Positions 49,093-59,735 of a stretch of 64,000 nt of DNA are shown here, piece after piece. The DNA lies in IMG/VR virus record IMGVR_UViG_3300027816_000056, one strand, 5' to 3'. The notes under the pieces are model-generated. The model ran no database searches. It was not told the origin of the DNA and worked only from the letters and a program-made list of their open reading frames with translations. The position numbers and the translations under genes are program-made. How positions within the stretch are numbered: the stretch's first letter is position 1; each line of letters opens with the position of its first letter. The DNA comes from a virus.

Positions 49093-49467
49093 TTATTTTG
49101 TTAATTCAATAACTAGTTTAGTAGTAAATACGGAAGTTAATATTCCAGCAGTAAACCAAATTGCTTTGTGATCGTACCAACGTGGTTTTAAATATTTTTC
49201 TCGTTCTATATATAAATCTACATTGTTTTTAAGCAAATCTACTTGTTTAGTTCGATATGCCATTTCCAATGAATCTAATCTTACTGTAGTTTTCAATTGA
49301 CCTATTAATTTGTCTTGTCGTTCTATAATTAGTTTATTCAATGAATCTAATTCATATAATGAATCTATTGTAAATGATATATCCAAAATTTCATCTGGAG
49401 TAAAACATGTATCTGTTTGTGAGTAACTTATAACAGGAAACAACAATATCAATAATAACTTTTTCAT
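49093..49467 (-). CDS. Secreted/membrane coiled-coil protein (possible spanin-like lysis component)
   Basis: Signal peptide, coiled coil, C-terminal hydrophobic helix after PRWY. Confidence 0.45.
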   Translation of the reverse strand: MKKLLLILLFPVISYSQTDTCFTPDEILDISFTIDSLYELDSLNKLIIERQDKLIGQLKTTVRLDSLEMAYRTKQVDLLKNNVDLYIEREKYLKPRWYDHKAIWFTAGILTSVFTTKLVIELTK

Positions 49468-49805
49468 GATTTTTTAGGTTTTCTACCTCGACGTGTTTTA
49501 TTTAAAATGTTTTGTTTTGCATTTTCAACCGTACGTTCTTCTGGTTGAATTTCTGTAACTTGTTGTTTTAAATCTTCAATCTCCGTTTCGGTTTGTTTAA
49601 TTTTTTCTGCTACTTGTTCACGTTGTTCTTGAATTTGTTCAATACGTCCTTCTGCTTCAGCAATTTGTTCGTTATTGTCTTGTATTTGATCTTGTAATTT
49701 ATCTAGTTTCGTTTCTCGTCGTTTACTAGAAAACATTACGAATGCTGCAAAAATAGCACCAATAGCTGCTACTATTAGTAACCAATATTTTTTAATAAAT
49801 TTCAT
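49464..49805 (-). CDS. Membrane-anchored coiled-coil protein (i-spanin-like)
   Basis: N-terminal TM helix plus long coiled coil; ATGA overlap with the next gene. Confidence 0.45.
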   Translation of the reverse strand: MKFIKKYWLLIVAAIGAIFAAFVMFSSKRRETKLDKLQDQIQDNNEQIAEAEGRIEQIQEQREQVAEKIKQTETEIEDLKQQVTEIQPEERTVENAKQNILNKTRRGRKPKKS

Positions 49806-50454
49806 TATTCATCTCCTTATCTAAATTATTTTCTAAATTATTTAAAAATTTTTCTTTGAATATATCAAATTGTTTTTGAATTGTAGCATCAAATTCTTCT
49901 GGTGTCATTCTTGCTGTCCAATGTTCTTGTTCTCCATCAGAATTAGTTACAAATTTAGAAGCTTGTGTATATGTTTCTTTCAATAATGCAACATCACGTT
50001 CTGCTTCTGCTAACCAAGCAAGTTTATTTTGTCGAATTTTTTCTCGTTCATATTCTTCAAATTTACCAGCTTTTTTAAGTTCATGCTCCATTTCGATTAC
50101 GCAGTCAAAACACATTCCGTGTAGTTTACGCATTTTTTCATTTAATGGATGTTTTGTTATACATGTACATGTTTCTTTGCGACAGTTTGGATATGATCTT
50201 AATTCTTCTCGAACTGATTGCAATACATTTGAAGCTTTTGTTTTTCTAATTCTATAACCATCGCGTTGTTCAATAACATACGTTAATCCAGTAATTGGAT
50301 CTGTTTCTTCCCAGACGTCTCCAACATCATGTTTAGTATTTTTCTTAGCAACATCTGATGCATCAGAGAATCCTACCGTTTTTTTAGTTTGAAACTTGTG
50401 ATTACCTTCCAACATCTGTTGAATGGCTTTGACATTTTGTAACTTTTTAGACAT
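49792..50454 (-). CDS. Hypothetical protein with Cys/His cluster
   Basis: GDVWEE, CRKETCTC...HGMCFDC. Confidence 0.7.
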   Translation of the reverse strand: MSKKLQNVKAIQQMLEGNHKFQTKKTVGFSDASDVAKKNTKHDVGDVWEETDPITGLTYVIEQRDGYRIRKTKASNVLQSVREELRSYPNCRKETCTCITKHPLNEKMRKLHGMCFDCVIEMEHELKKAGKFEEYEREKIRQNKLAWLAEAERDVALLKETYTQASKFVTNSDGEQEHWTARMTPEEFDATIQKQFDIFKEKFLNNLENNLDKEMNNEIY

Positions 50455-50465
50455 ATGATTTTAAT

Positions 50466-51323
50466 TTAATCGTTGTTATTAGATTGTCGTTTAGGTGTTA
50501 ATAAAGATATTTTTTTATTAGAAAATTTTCTTAATAAACGATAAAAATCTCGTTCTTCACTAGGATCATCTGGATTACTTAATACTTTTAAAAATTTACT
50601 AAGTTTAGATAATCTTTTAATATTTCCTAATTCCGAGGAACCAAATTCATCTGATTTTAATACTTCTGGTTGTTCTATATCTGCAGTTGGAGTTGCAGCT
50701 GCAGTTGGAGTTGTAGGCGTAGTTGTATCAGTTGGAGGTGTTGCTGCAGCATCAACCGGTGGTGTTGCAGATGCATCTGGAGTTGCTGTAATATCAGCTG
50801 GTGGTGTAGCTGTTGCATCAGTTGGTGGAGTTGCAGTTGCATCAGCTGCAGGAGTTTCTGTTTCTGGAGCTTCTGGTTCTTCTGTTGGTGTAGTTTCAGG
50901 TGTTGGTTGTTCTAATAAAACTTTAACTATTTTTCTACGAACATATTCTCTAACTAAACGTTCTTTTTGTTCGCGAGTTAAATTTTCAATTTTATCTTTT
51001 ATTACGTCCTTTGTTTCTTTTTCTTCTGTATCTTGACGCTTCTTAAGACGTTTTGCTGCGGTTTTAGGATCATAATCACCAGTCTCTATGTCTTTATATA
51101 GACGATCATCATCATTGTATTTAACATACATATCGCCAGTATCAACCATTTCTTTATCACGTTTTCTCAAAACATTGAGTTGTGCATCTCCAGTAGAACG
51201 AGGATTTTGACCTCCTTTTTTATCATCTTCTGTATAATCTTTGATATCTTTACGTGGTTTTGGTTTTTGAGATTTTTCAAAATCTTTTGGTGCCTTATAC
51301 TTGCTTTTATGTTTTTCAGCCAT
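50466..51323 (-). CDS. Hypothetical protein with Pro/Thr/Ala repeat linker
   Basis: ATPP.D repeats at ~50680-50910; VRRKIVKVLLE leader-like motif. Confidence 0.7.
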   Translation of the reverse strand: MAEKHKSKYKAPKDFEKSQKPKPRKDIKDYTEDDKKGGQNPRSTGDAQLNVLRKRDKEMVDTGDMYVKYNDDDRLYKDIETGDYDPKTAAKRLKKRQDTEEKETKDVIKDKIENLTREQKERLVREYVRRKIVKVLLEQPTPETTPTEEPEAPETETPAADATATPPTDATATPPADITATPDASATPPVDAAATPPTDTTTPTTPTAAATPTADIEQPEVLKSDEFGSSELGNIKRLSKLSKFLKVLSNPDDPSEERDFYRLLRKFSNKKISLLTPKRQSNNND

Positions 51324-51351
51324 TACAATTTTCCTATTTTTATAATAAATA

Positions 51352-53844
51352 TCATCGAGCGTACTTTAATACTCCTAAAATCTGATTTACCGGTGCGAAT
51401 GCGCCTGTCATCTTATATGTATTACCTCGATATGTAAATACTATGCCTTCTGTTGGTACAATTGCATCAAATCCTCCTAATTTTTGAATTCTTTTAAGTT
51501 CTAATTCCAATTTTGCAAGTGTTGCTGGATTTGGCGATATTTGCAATTCTTTAATAAGTTGTGCTAAATCTGTTTTAATATCTTGCACTGTTTTTGATGG
51601 ATTTGCTGCTAAAAAGTTTGTAGCATTTTGTAATACTAAAACACCTAATCGTAAAAATATAGATTCAAATGGTTCTAAATTTTGTTTGCGATATTTTTTA
51701 AAATCTGATTTATCAAATTCAGTTACCCAAGCTTGGAATGCATCATTATCAATTTGTTTTTTAAGCATTGCAATGTTTACGGATTTATCTTCAAATGCCC
51801 AACGATATATCAATGTAGTTAATACTGAATCTGGTATATCATATCCTAATTCTGTAGCTTTTGTTTGTATTACATCACGCCACCACGCTTTATGGTAATC
51901 ACTTAATAAATCTGTATCTTTTAAACTAAATTTATCTCGTAACTGATCAATTTCATTATAAAATGCAGCTTGTTGATCTTCAAAATCATAAACCTGACCT
52001 AATTTAATTTGCTGTGGAGGAATAAATGAAAACGTTTTTTGCATATGTGCATTAGCATCTTGTATAATGTTTTGCATTAATGCACCACCTGTTAAATCCG
52101 TTTCAACAGTATTTCCTCGTTCATCATATTCTACAAGATTATGAAATTGCAAATGTGCTTTATCATATGCAATAACATTTTTAGTTGCTGGATAAATTAT
52201 TTCCATGTTAGCAAATACTCGACCATTTTTAAATATTTGTTGCAATTTATCTGCAGGTATTTTATTTAAAGCTTCGGTTAAGTCTTCAGCACATGCACGA
52301 TATGCATCTACTATTAATTTATATCCTTCAGCAGCTTCTATACCATTTTTATCGACAGATTCTTGATACTTTCTTTCAAAATCTGCAATTAATTGATCCG
52401 GGGTCATTGGATTAATGATAGTACCTTTATTACGAGCAAATCCGGGCTGACCATCTTTCCAAGTAACTTGTATGTTTTGTCCATCTGTTTTCTCAGTTAC
52501 AGCTTGTTCTATATCTAAACGTCCAGATAATGCTCTAGATACAATTTCACGTACATCATTAAATGTTAATCCGTGATCATCCCATGGATGTGCCATATGA
52601 CCTGCAGCACCTCCTTCTGTTAATACGCCTCCCGTTTTTAAACGAGATTCGATGGTATAAATAATATCTTCTGGATTATTTGATTGCCAACGTTTGCGTT
52701 GCTTTTTAATTGTTCTAGGAATCAATTCAATCATTTTTTTGCGAGGATTCCATTGTAACATGAACGGCATATGAATTGGAATATCAAATTGATAATCAGA
52801 TCCAACACCGGTAGGTCGTTCTAAATTCAATTGTCTTGCAATTTTATCGCCATATTCATTAGCTAAGTCTTCAAAAAAGTCTCGTAACTCATCCGTATAG
52901 ATCGGAGCTTCGTTTCTGGGATCATTCAATCTATCAATGAAATGTGTAAACTTGCCTTGAAAATCTACATCGATTCCATATTCTTTAAAAAATCCATCAA
53001 CTGCAGATTCAATAGCTGATAATTCTTGACGTGTAATGTAGTTTTCTGTTATGATACTTTCTACTAGTTTTGCACCATATACAGTTTTGTTAAATGTATC
53101 AAAATCATATACAAAATCCTCACCTCGATGGTTATCTAAGAATGCACGTAATTTTTTAATTTTATCTGCATGACGTTTCTTTTCACGCGGAAACATCATT
53201 GATTCTGCAACTTCTTCTACATCTTCCTGCAGTTGTTTTGTCCACCAATTTTTAGTAAATACAGCTTCCTGTACACCTGTTAATATTTGCCATGCATTTT
53301 TAACTTTAGCATCATCGTATTGTGGATACGCAGTCCTAAACGCAGCATAATCTCCGGTAGCAATAGCATTACGAACATTAGTAGCTGATATAGGTTCATC
53401 ATTACTTGTTAATGGATCTACATTGATGTTTAATTCTACAGCATCAACACCGCGCGGTATAGTTCGACCTTTTTTATCTCCTATAGTAGCATATTTATCT
53501 ACATTTGGAATAAAATCTTTTGCTCGAACATAATCATCCCCTTTTGCAGATGCAGCCATTGCATAACGACCGGTAGCATCTTCCGGCAATGCAAATAAAT
53601 ATTCATACGCAGCCATGATAGGAGAATTAAATTCGGTTGGTTGTATTTCAATTTGTGGATTGTCATTTAATAAATCAAACATTTCCATAGTTTTTTCACG
53701 CGTAATTCCATCACGTTCTTTAGGACCAATTAGTAATATAACTCGATTAACATCTGGATGCTGTGCATATCGATTTGCTAAATCTAAATGTGCCCCTGTT
53801 ATAGGTTTAAATCCTCCTGGAAAAAGTACTGTTGTTTCGTTCAT
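51352..53844 (-). CDS. Multidomain protein: HIGH-type nucleotidyltransferase + putative BECR-like RNase + RNA-ligase-like domain
   Basis: GGFKPITGAH / ISATNVR; FTHFIDRLNDPRN; TEKTDGQN...EGIVF...YKMTG. Confidence 0.6.
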   Translation of the reverse strand: MNETTVLFPGGFKPITGAHLDLANRYAQHPDVNRVILLIGPKERDGITREKTMEMFDLLNDNPQIEIQPTEFNSPIMAAYEYLFALPEDATGRYAMAASAKGDDYVRAKDFIPNVDKYATIGDKKGRTIPRGVDAVELNINVDPLTSNDEPISATNVRNAIATGDYAAFRTAYPQYDDAKVKNAWQILTGVQEAVFTKNWWTKQLQEDVEEVAESMMFPREKKRHADKIKKLRAFLDNHRGEDFVYDFDTFNKTVYGAKLVESIITENYITRQELSAIESAVDGFFKEYGIDVDFQGKFTHFIDRLNDPRNEAPIYTDELRDFFEDLANEYGDKIARQLNLERPTGVGSDYQFDIPIHMPFMLQWNPRKKMIELIPRTIKKQRKRWQSNNPEDIIYTIESRLKTGGVLTEGGAAGHMAHPWDDHGLTFNDVREIVSRALSGRLDIEQAVTEKTDGQNIQVTWKDGQPGFARNKGTIINPMTPDQLIADFERKYQESVDKNGIEAAEGYKLIVDAYRACAEDLTEALNKIPADKLQQIFKNGRVFANMEIIYPATKNVIAYDKAHLQFHNLVEYDERGNTVETDLTGGALMQNIIQDANAHMQKTFSFIPPQQIKLGQVYDFEDQQAAFYNEIDQLRDKFSLKDTDLLSDYHKAWWRDVIQTKATELGYDIPDSVLTTLIYRWAFEDKSVNIAMLKKQIDNDAFQAWVTEFDKSDFKKYRKQNLEPFESIFLRLGVLVLQNATNFLAANPSKTVQDIKTDLAQLIKELQISPNPATLAKLELELKRIQKLGGFDAIVPTEGIVFTYRGNTYKMTGAFAPVNQILGVLKYAR

Positions 53845-53867
53845 TACGTGTTTCTTTTATATAAATA

Positions 53868-56564
53868 TCATATTATTGGATTCGCAGGAACGGAAATAAC
53901 AGCTCCTACAGATCTACTAGATCTAAATACGAAGTTTTTTAATTTTAATAAACCAGATGCTCCGGTACTACTTACAGAAATCATGGTATGAATTAATACA
54001 TACATTCCTTGTCGGTTTGAAATATTGTTATTTAAATCTACATATCCTAAGTTTACAGCACCAGAACGTTCACCCGTTATTGGAACCGTAACAATATTTT
54101 GCGTCCCAATTGACCCTGAATTAGTAAAAATTCCATATGAATTTAAACCTACATTAGAGCCAGTAACGGCATTCATTAAAAATGTAGTTAAATTAAATGT
54201 TTTATTTCCGCCGGAAGAATCAAGTCTATCTGCTTGATATGTAAATGATGTCTGAATTCTTGTTTCTCCTGGTAATATAAATGCATGAAAAGCTGGACCA
54301 GCAAATATAGATCCAGTAACACCAGATGCCGTTGTTGGCAATGTTGCCATGTCATATGTATATTCAAGTTGATCAAAATATAAAACTCGACCTACATTCA
54401 ACCCATCAACAAATTCGCTATTTGAATCAAATAATACATCGCTTCCATTAACTGCAATAAATGATGATGCAGTAACGTCACCATTTGCAGTTAAATAAAA
54501 ACCACTTGATGATATTTCTAAATTACCATTACTACCAGATATATATTGAGAATTTGGATCTCCTAAAAAGAATGTTTCTGTGTGTACATCTAATTCGGAT
54601 GGATTAGTTGAATACCTAAAATAGTTATTTGCATCTCCATATAATTCTAATCCAACGCCACTATACGGCACTCCTCCTTTAGTTCCTAATGATCCACTTA
54701 ATGCAGATCCACTCCACAATAAAAATCCAGGAAATGCTGCAGTAAATCCTTCATATCCTAATGATCTAACAAATCCTGTATTTTTATATCCAGATATTGC
54801 TACTCCCGATTCTAATGAATCTGCTACATACAAAGAACCGGTAAGCATAGAATAATCGCCATCAATATATCGATTACCACCTTCCCAATTTTTATTATAT
54901 ACGTAACTTATCTGCCGGCTCTTTTCTCCGTTAACGTTGTAATATTCTGCTTTAAATGTTAATTGATTGTTAGATTTATGTGCAGTTGGTACTAAAGTTC
55001 TTAATCTAGTATAATTTGGAGAATATCCAGGATCATTATCTGTTGTAGTTCTAACATCAGAAACTTGCCAAGCACCTTCTTCTACAACAAGCAATAAAAC
55101 ACCATCACCTTCACGATCCGTACTAAAATTAAATACTTCATCATCATATCGTTGCGATGTTTGTGATATGTTTAATTCGCCAATTCTTTTTCCAAATTTT
55201 ACCGGAAACTGTTGATTGAAATAATCTGTTGCATCAAAATCAAATGCACTTCCGGACATGTACAATGAAAGTTTTGCCGTGCTAGACCCAGAAACAGATC
55301 CAATTGCATCTAACGTAACTTTGTATTGTGAATCGGCAATAAATATGCCTTTATATGAAGAATTAACGCGAACTACTGTTGCTGAGTTTTTTGCGGTTAT
55401 ATCTACTGCATTTTGTATCAACATGGAATTGTTAAGAGATTGAGTTGTCCATGTTAATGTTGGTGCTGTTGTAGTTGCACCGTTGAGATATGAAACTCCT
55501 TGCCAATATGTATCAATAGTACTTTGAGTTACAAAAGTTCCTATGCTTACATCTGGAAATAGTGATGCTGTGCTAGGAATAAATATTTCTGTTTCTTCTA
55601 ATTCTACATCATTTAGAAGTTCCCATGTTCCAACGGTACCGTTGTTATTCATAAAAACTTTAACACGAGATACATCACCAGTAGCAGGTTCTAATCCTTT
55701 TATTTGTATGAGAGCAAATGATTCGGAATTTTGTGTAGCTGTATACGTCGGTGTTGCTTCATATGTTAAACTAAATGCAGATGCATCAAAATTAGTATAT
55801 GTATGTTGTGAGATGCTTTGGTTACTATACGCCGTATACTCTGTATCTAACAATGCGATTGTATCTGTTAATATCTTTTTTATCGTAGACACATAACTAG
55901 TTGTAGAGATAGTAAAATTAGGCGTAGGCGTAGGATTATTTGGTGCTGCGACAGTCAACGTACCCGTTTTCATATCACTTGTAAATTTTGCACCTATTAA
56001 TTCAACAGCTGGCTGATTGTTATATGAAAAATATCGTACTGTTCCCGTTGTAAAAGTTGGAAACTGTTGTGAGCCAGAGTATGTACGATTTAATTGTACT
56101 CCAACTACTTCTGAAATTACTAGTTCAGGTTCTGTCTCAAAAATTATTTCGGATATGTTTGATACATTCGGATTAACTGGTACAGATCTCGTCCATTTTA
56201 CATTAGATTTTCCTTGCCATTCTGCAGGTACATTAAGCGCTTCTGCAGTTAATGTTATCGTGCAATCTCCAGGAGATGTTTCTTCATAAATGTATATTGC
56301 AACAACGCGAGACTTGTCATCATCAATAAAATCTACTATTTCATGATAGATTGGATCACCATTATAATCTAAAACTTCAATATTTAAATATCCGCCGGGT
56401 CTTAAATTGGTAGGATGACCTCGCAATTTAAAAAGATTTTTTCCAGCAGTTAGACGTGTTGGAAACTCAGTTATTTGAAAGTATTCGGGGGATGTTAACG
56501 ATGTATCTTCAAACCAAACTGGAATAAATTGTAAACCTTTGTATACCGCTTCTTTACGTTTCAT
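53868..56564 (-). CDS. Large beta-rich virion structural protein
   Basis: Late motif at 56584-56593; many SGS/TGS motifs; GDVSRVKVF. Confidence 0.55.
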   Translation of the reverse strand: MKRKEAVYKGLQFIPVWFEDTSLTSPEYFQITEFPTRLTAGKNLFKLRGHPTNLRPGGYLNIEVLDYNGDPIYHEIVDFIDDDKSRVVAIYIYEETSPGDCTITLTAEALNVPAEWQGKSNVKWTRSVPVNPNVSNISEIIFETEPELVISEVVGVQLNRTYSGSQQFPTFTTGTVRYFSYNNQPAVELIGAKFTSDMKTGTLTVAAPNNPTPTPNFTISTTSYVSTIKKILTDTIALLDTEYTAYSNQSISQHTYTNFDASAFSLTYEATPTYTATQNSESFALIQIKGLEPATGDVSRVKVFMNNNGTVGTWELLNDVELEETEIFIPSTASLFPDVSIGTFVTQSTIDTYWQGVSYLNGATTTAPTLTWTTQSLNNSMLIQNAVDITAKNSATVVRVNSSYKGIFIADSQYKVTLDAIGSVSGSSTAKLSLYMSGSAFDFDATDYFNQQFPVKFGKRIGELNISQTSQRYDDEVFNFSTDREGDGVLLLVVEEGAWQVSDVRTTTDNDPGYSPNYTRLRTLVPTAHKSNNQLTFKAEYYNVNGEKSRQISYVYNKNWEGGNRYIDGDYSMLTGSLYVADSLESGVAISGYKNTGFVRSLGYEGFTAAFPGFLLWSGSALSGSLGTKGGVPYSGVGLELYGDANNYFRYSTNPSELDVHTETFFLGDPNSQYISGSNGNLEISSSGFYLTANGDVTASSFIAVNGSDVLFDSNSEFVDGLNVGRVLYFDQLEYTYDMATLPTTASGVTGSIFAGPAFHAFILPGETRIQTSFTYQADRLDSSGGNKTFNLTTFLMNAVTGSNVGLNSYGIFTNSGSIGTQNIVTVPITGERSGAVNLGYVDLNNNISNRQGMYVLIHTMISVSSTGASGLLKLKNFVFRSSRSVGAVISVPANPII

Positions 56565-56591
56565 TCACTGATATTCTTTTAAATATAAATA

Positions 56592-59500
56592 TCAGTTATG
56601 GGAGATTTGGCTGAATCCGTTTATTTTGTTTACTTCAATTAAGTTGTCTACCATATCACGCATTGTATCTACGTGAGATATGATAATTGAAAAATCAAAT
56701 TTAGTTCTAAAATAATCAAATAGATTTACTACTGCAGAAATATGTTCTGCATCTAATGAACCCCATCCTTCATCAATTGCAATGAAATTTGGACGTGGTA
56801 ATGCTGATACATTGATAAGTGCAATCCGAATTGCTAAAGATGAAATAAATCGTTCCATACCGCTTGTTAATTCTAATGGCCAAAAATTATCTTCATCATA
56901 TATAATATATCCGTTAATATTTTTACCATCACTTTGAAGAACCATGTTAAAATCAACAACTTGATTTAATACGTTATTGATTTCAGTTTCTATTTTAGGC
57001 ATAGCTTTTGAAATTAATTCATACGGTACGCCATCTCGTTTAACGGATTCTAAATAATATTCATATGCTTTGTATTCTGTTTCTAATTTTCGATATGAAT
57101 CTAGTTGTGATATTGCAGTAGATTTATTAGTTTTAGCAACTTCAATAGCCCCATGTTTTTTACGAATTGCTTCTGTAATTTCTTTGATTAATGTAGTGCA
57201 CGATTCTATTTTTTCTTTGCATTCTAAAATTTCAGCATCAACCGTTTTGTTATGTTTAATTGCAGATTCATTTGAACGAAATGATTCTTGTCGTTCTAAA
57301 CATGTTTCTAATTCGGATTCTCGTGTTTGCAATTCACTTTCTAGTAATTCTAATTGCAATTCTTTTACTTTTAAAGTATTCAATGAGTCCGTAATAGTTG
57401 TTTTTATTTGATTTAACTCATTGTATTGAGTTTCATATGTTTTTAATTCAGCATATTGCGTTTGATTAATTTCATATCGTTGCATCAATTCTTCTAATAC
57501 TTTTCTATCTTGATCAATTGTATGTTGCGCCGACATTGCATCTTGTACAAAAACGTTAGATGTACAGTATTTACATTGTGGGTCATATTCATGTGATTCA
57601 AGATGCTTAATTTTTTCTTCTTTGGCATCAATCAATCCTGTTTGTGTTTTAATTGCATCACGTAATTCTGTAAATTCTGTTTGAAGTTTTTGTAATGTTT
57701 CTACGTGTTGCAACAACTGTGTTTCATTGTAATTGTTTCGTATGTTTTGTTTTGCTTGTGATATATTTGTTTTTATGAGTTGTATGCCAGCAGATGCTGT
57801 ATCAATATCTGATAGCAACGTTTCAATTTGTTTTGTTAAATCAGTTTCTTGTGTTTCTAACGCAGCAATATCCGGACCTTCATATGTTGTTGGAAGTTTT
57901 GTTTCAATTAAAGAAACAATTGTATTTTGTAATGCGTTTCGCTGTTCTTGAAAATCATCTTCCTGTGTTTCTAAATCTCGAATACTGTCTTGATTGTTAG
58001 TTATAACGGCATCGGCTTGTATAATAATTTCAGCAAAATCTGTTTTCTTATATTCTTTAAGTTTACCAGCTGTTTCTTTGATTTCTTCATTTGCTAGTTG
58101 ATACAATTGTTCAAACACCGTAATATCTAAAAATTGTGAAAGCAAATCTTTACGTTCTCTCTGAGACTTTTCTATAAAATTATTGTTATCTGCTTGAAGT
58201 GAAAATGCAGTTAAAATAAAATCATCATATGTACCTAAATAACGACGTATTGATTTATTTGTATCACTTCGTTCTTCACCATTTAAATTTTCTGTGTCTG
58301 TATAAAAGTCTACTAATACTTTAACATGTCCGTTTTTTTGTTTGATTCCCGTACGTTCAATTGTATACGTTGTACCATTCATTTCAAATGTAAACTTGCC
58401 TCGAAACGTAGATTTTTTGTTATTTAAAACTTCATTAGCTTTTCCAGTTTTACTACATTTATCAAAAATAGTATATGTTATTGCATCTAATAATGAAGAT
58501 TTACCTGATGTATTTGCAGCAAATAGGCCGCATACATCTTTCATATTTTCAAAATTAATCACGTTGCCTTCACCATATGAAAACATGTTATCAAATTCAA
58601 ATTGAATAGGATGCCAAGTCATGTGACGTACTGATTCTACTGCCGGTAGTTTTGAATTTATTGTGCGATTAATATAACGAATTGCATCTGTTTCTTCCGA
58701 AGTAGCTTGTGGAAAATTTACTGCAATATAATCTGTTATCAATGTATTTTGATATTCAACGTCTCGTACATTACCAATAGTAAATGATGATGTTGTTTCA
58801 GTTGCAGACATTGCAGAACTACGTTGAATTGTAATATCCTGAACATCATACTTTTTACGTATCGTTGCAATTAGCTTTTTCATGTCAGCCGCTGAAGTAC
58901 CGTTAAATTTAATTCTAACGCGAGGTTTTTCTGGCATTCGATGTGGTGCTTTAACAACGGTAGTTCCTTCTACTTCAAGTGTTACATAACCATAATCATT
59001 TTGTATTTCTACAAATTTTGCCTCTCTACATGGAAGATCCCAAACTAAAATTCCATGGTCTAATGCTTCGCCATGATTTTGTTGTATCAATGAACCAGGA
59101 TATGCAATTGTGCCAGCATCATTTAAAAACTGTGCCGGTTTGTGTATGTCTCCTAGCAATGTTATGTCATGTCCTTCAAACAAATCAACGCCAACATGTT
59201 CATTAGATATCTGATATCCTATATCCGTTTTAGCAGAATTTACAGCTCCATGATGCAATGCTATTTTATATGCTGCTTGAAACTGATCTGCTTTAATATA
59301 TTCACTTGGCGGAACATCAACTGCCATGTGATTGAATACAATACCAGCACATTCAAACAATCCGTTATCTTTAATGAAATGAATGTTTGGATTTTTAATA
59401 ACATTGATAATAGGACTAATTGCATCGATTCTATGCATATTGTTTAGATTCATGTCATGATTTCCTAGTATTACTATGGTAGGAATCATAAATCCATCAA

Positions 59501-59735
59501 AAAACTCAACAAGCATTTCAATTAGTTCCGGAGACATATCTAGTTTGCTATGAACAATATCTCCCGTAACTACTGCAATACTGGATCTTGTACTGTTACA
59601 TGCAATATGATCAAATAAATTTTGAAACACTTCGCGATATTCTTTATGACGTTTTAAAGTACGTATATGTACATCGGATATATGAAATATCTTATCTATA
59701 TAATCTAAACCTAGATCTAGTTGTTTTATATCCAT
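56592..59735 (-). CDS. Fused Mre11/SbcD nuclease - Rad50/SbcC ATPase (gp47-gp46-like)
   Basis: SDVH, TGD, GNHD, HHG, GDIH, YPGS; N.SGKSS; CKYC hook; SGME; IDEG; ISH. Confidence 0.93.
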   Translation of the reverse strand: MDIKQLDLGLDYIDKIFHISDVHIRTLKRHKEYREVFQNLFDHIACNSTRSSIAVVTGDIVHSKLDMSPELIEMLVEFFDGFMIPTIVILGNHDMNLNNMHRIDAISPIINVIKNPNIHFIKDNGLFECAGIVFNHMAVDVPPSEYIKADQFQAAYKIALHHGAVNSAKTDIGYQISNEHVGVDLFEGHDITLLGDIHKPAQFLNDAGTIAYPGSLIQQNHGEALDHGILVWDLPCREAKFVEIQNDYGYVTLEVEGTTVVKAPHRMPEKPRVRIKFNGTSAADMKKLIATIRKKYDVQDITIQRSSAMSATETTSSFTIGNVRDVEYQNTLITDYIAVNFPQATSEETDAIRYINRTINSKLPAVESVRHMTWHPIQFEFDNMFSYGEGNVINFENMKDVCGLFAANTSGKSSLLDAITYTIFDKCSKTGKANEVLNNKKSTFRGKFTFEMNGTTYTIERTGIKQKNGHVKVLVDFYTDTENLNGEERSDTNKSIRRYLGTYDDFILTAFSLQADNNNFIEKSQRERKDLLSQFLDITVFEQLYQLANEEIKETAGKLKEYKKTDFAEIIIQADAVITNNQDSIRDLETQEDDFQEQRNALQNTIVSLIETKLPTTYEGPDIAALETQETDLTKQIETLLSDIDTASAGIQLIKTNISQAKQNIRNNYNETQLLQHVETLQKLQTEFTELRDAIKTQTGLIDAKEEKIKHLESHEYDPQCKYCTSNVFVQDAMSAQHTIDQDRKVLEELMQRYEINQTQYAELKTYETQYNELNQIKTTITDSLNTLKVKELQLELLESELQTRESELETCLERQESFRSNESAIKHNKTVDAEILECKEKIESCTTLIKEITEAIRKKHGAIEVAKTNKSTAISQLDSYRKLETEYKAYEYYLESVKRDGVPYELISKAMPKIETEINNVLNQVVDFNMVLQSDGKNINGYIIYDEDNFWPLELTSGMERFISSLAIRIALINVSALPRPNFIAIDEGWGSLDAEHISAVVNLFDYFRTKFDFSIIISHVDTMRDMVDNLIEVNKINGFSQISHN

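Noticed and set aside
50670-50915. Repeat tract as CRISPR array or Cys/Trp-rich peptide
   Set aside because: Degenerate in-frame ATPPxD coding repeats with no repeat-spacer structure.
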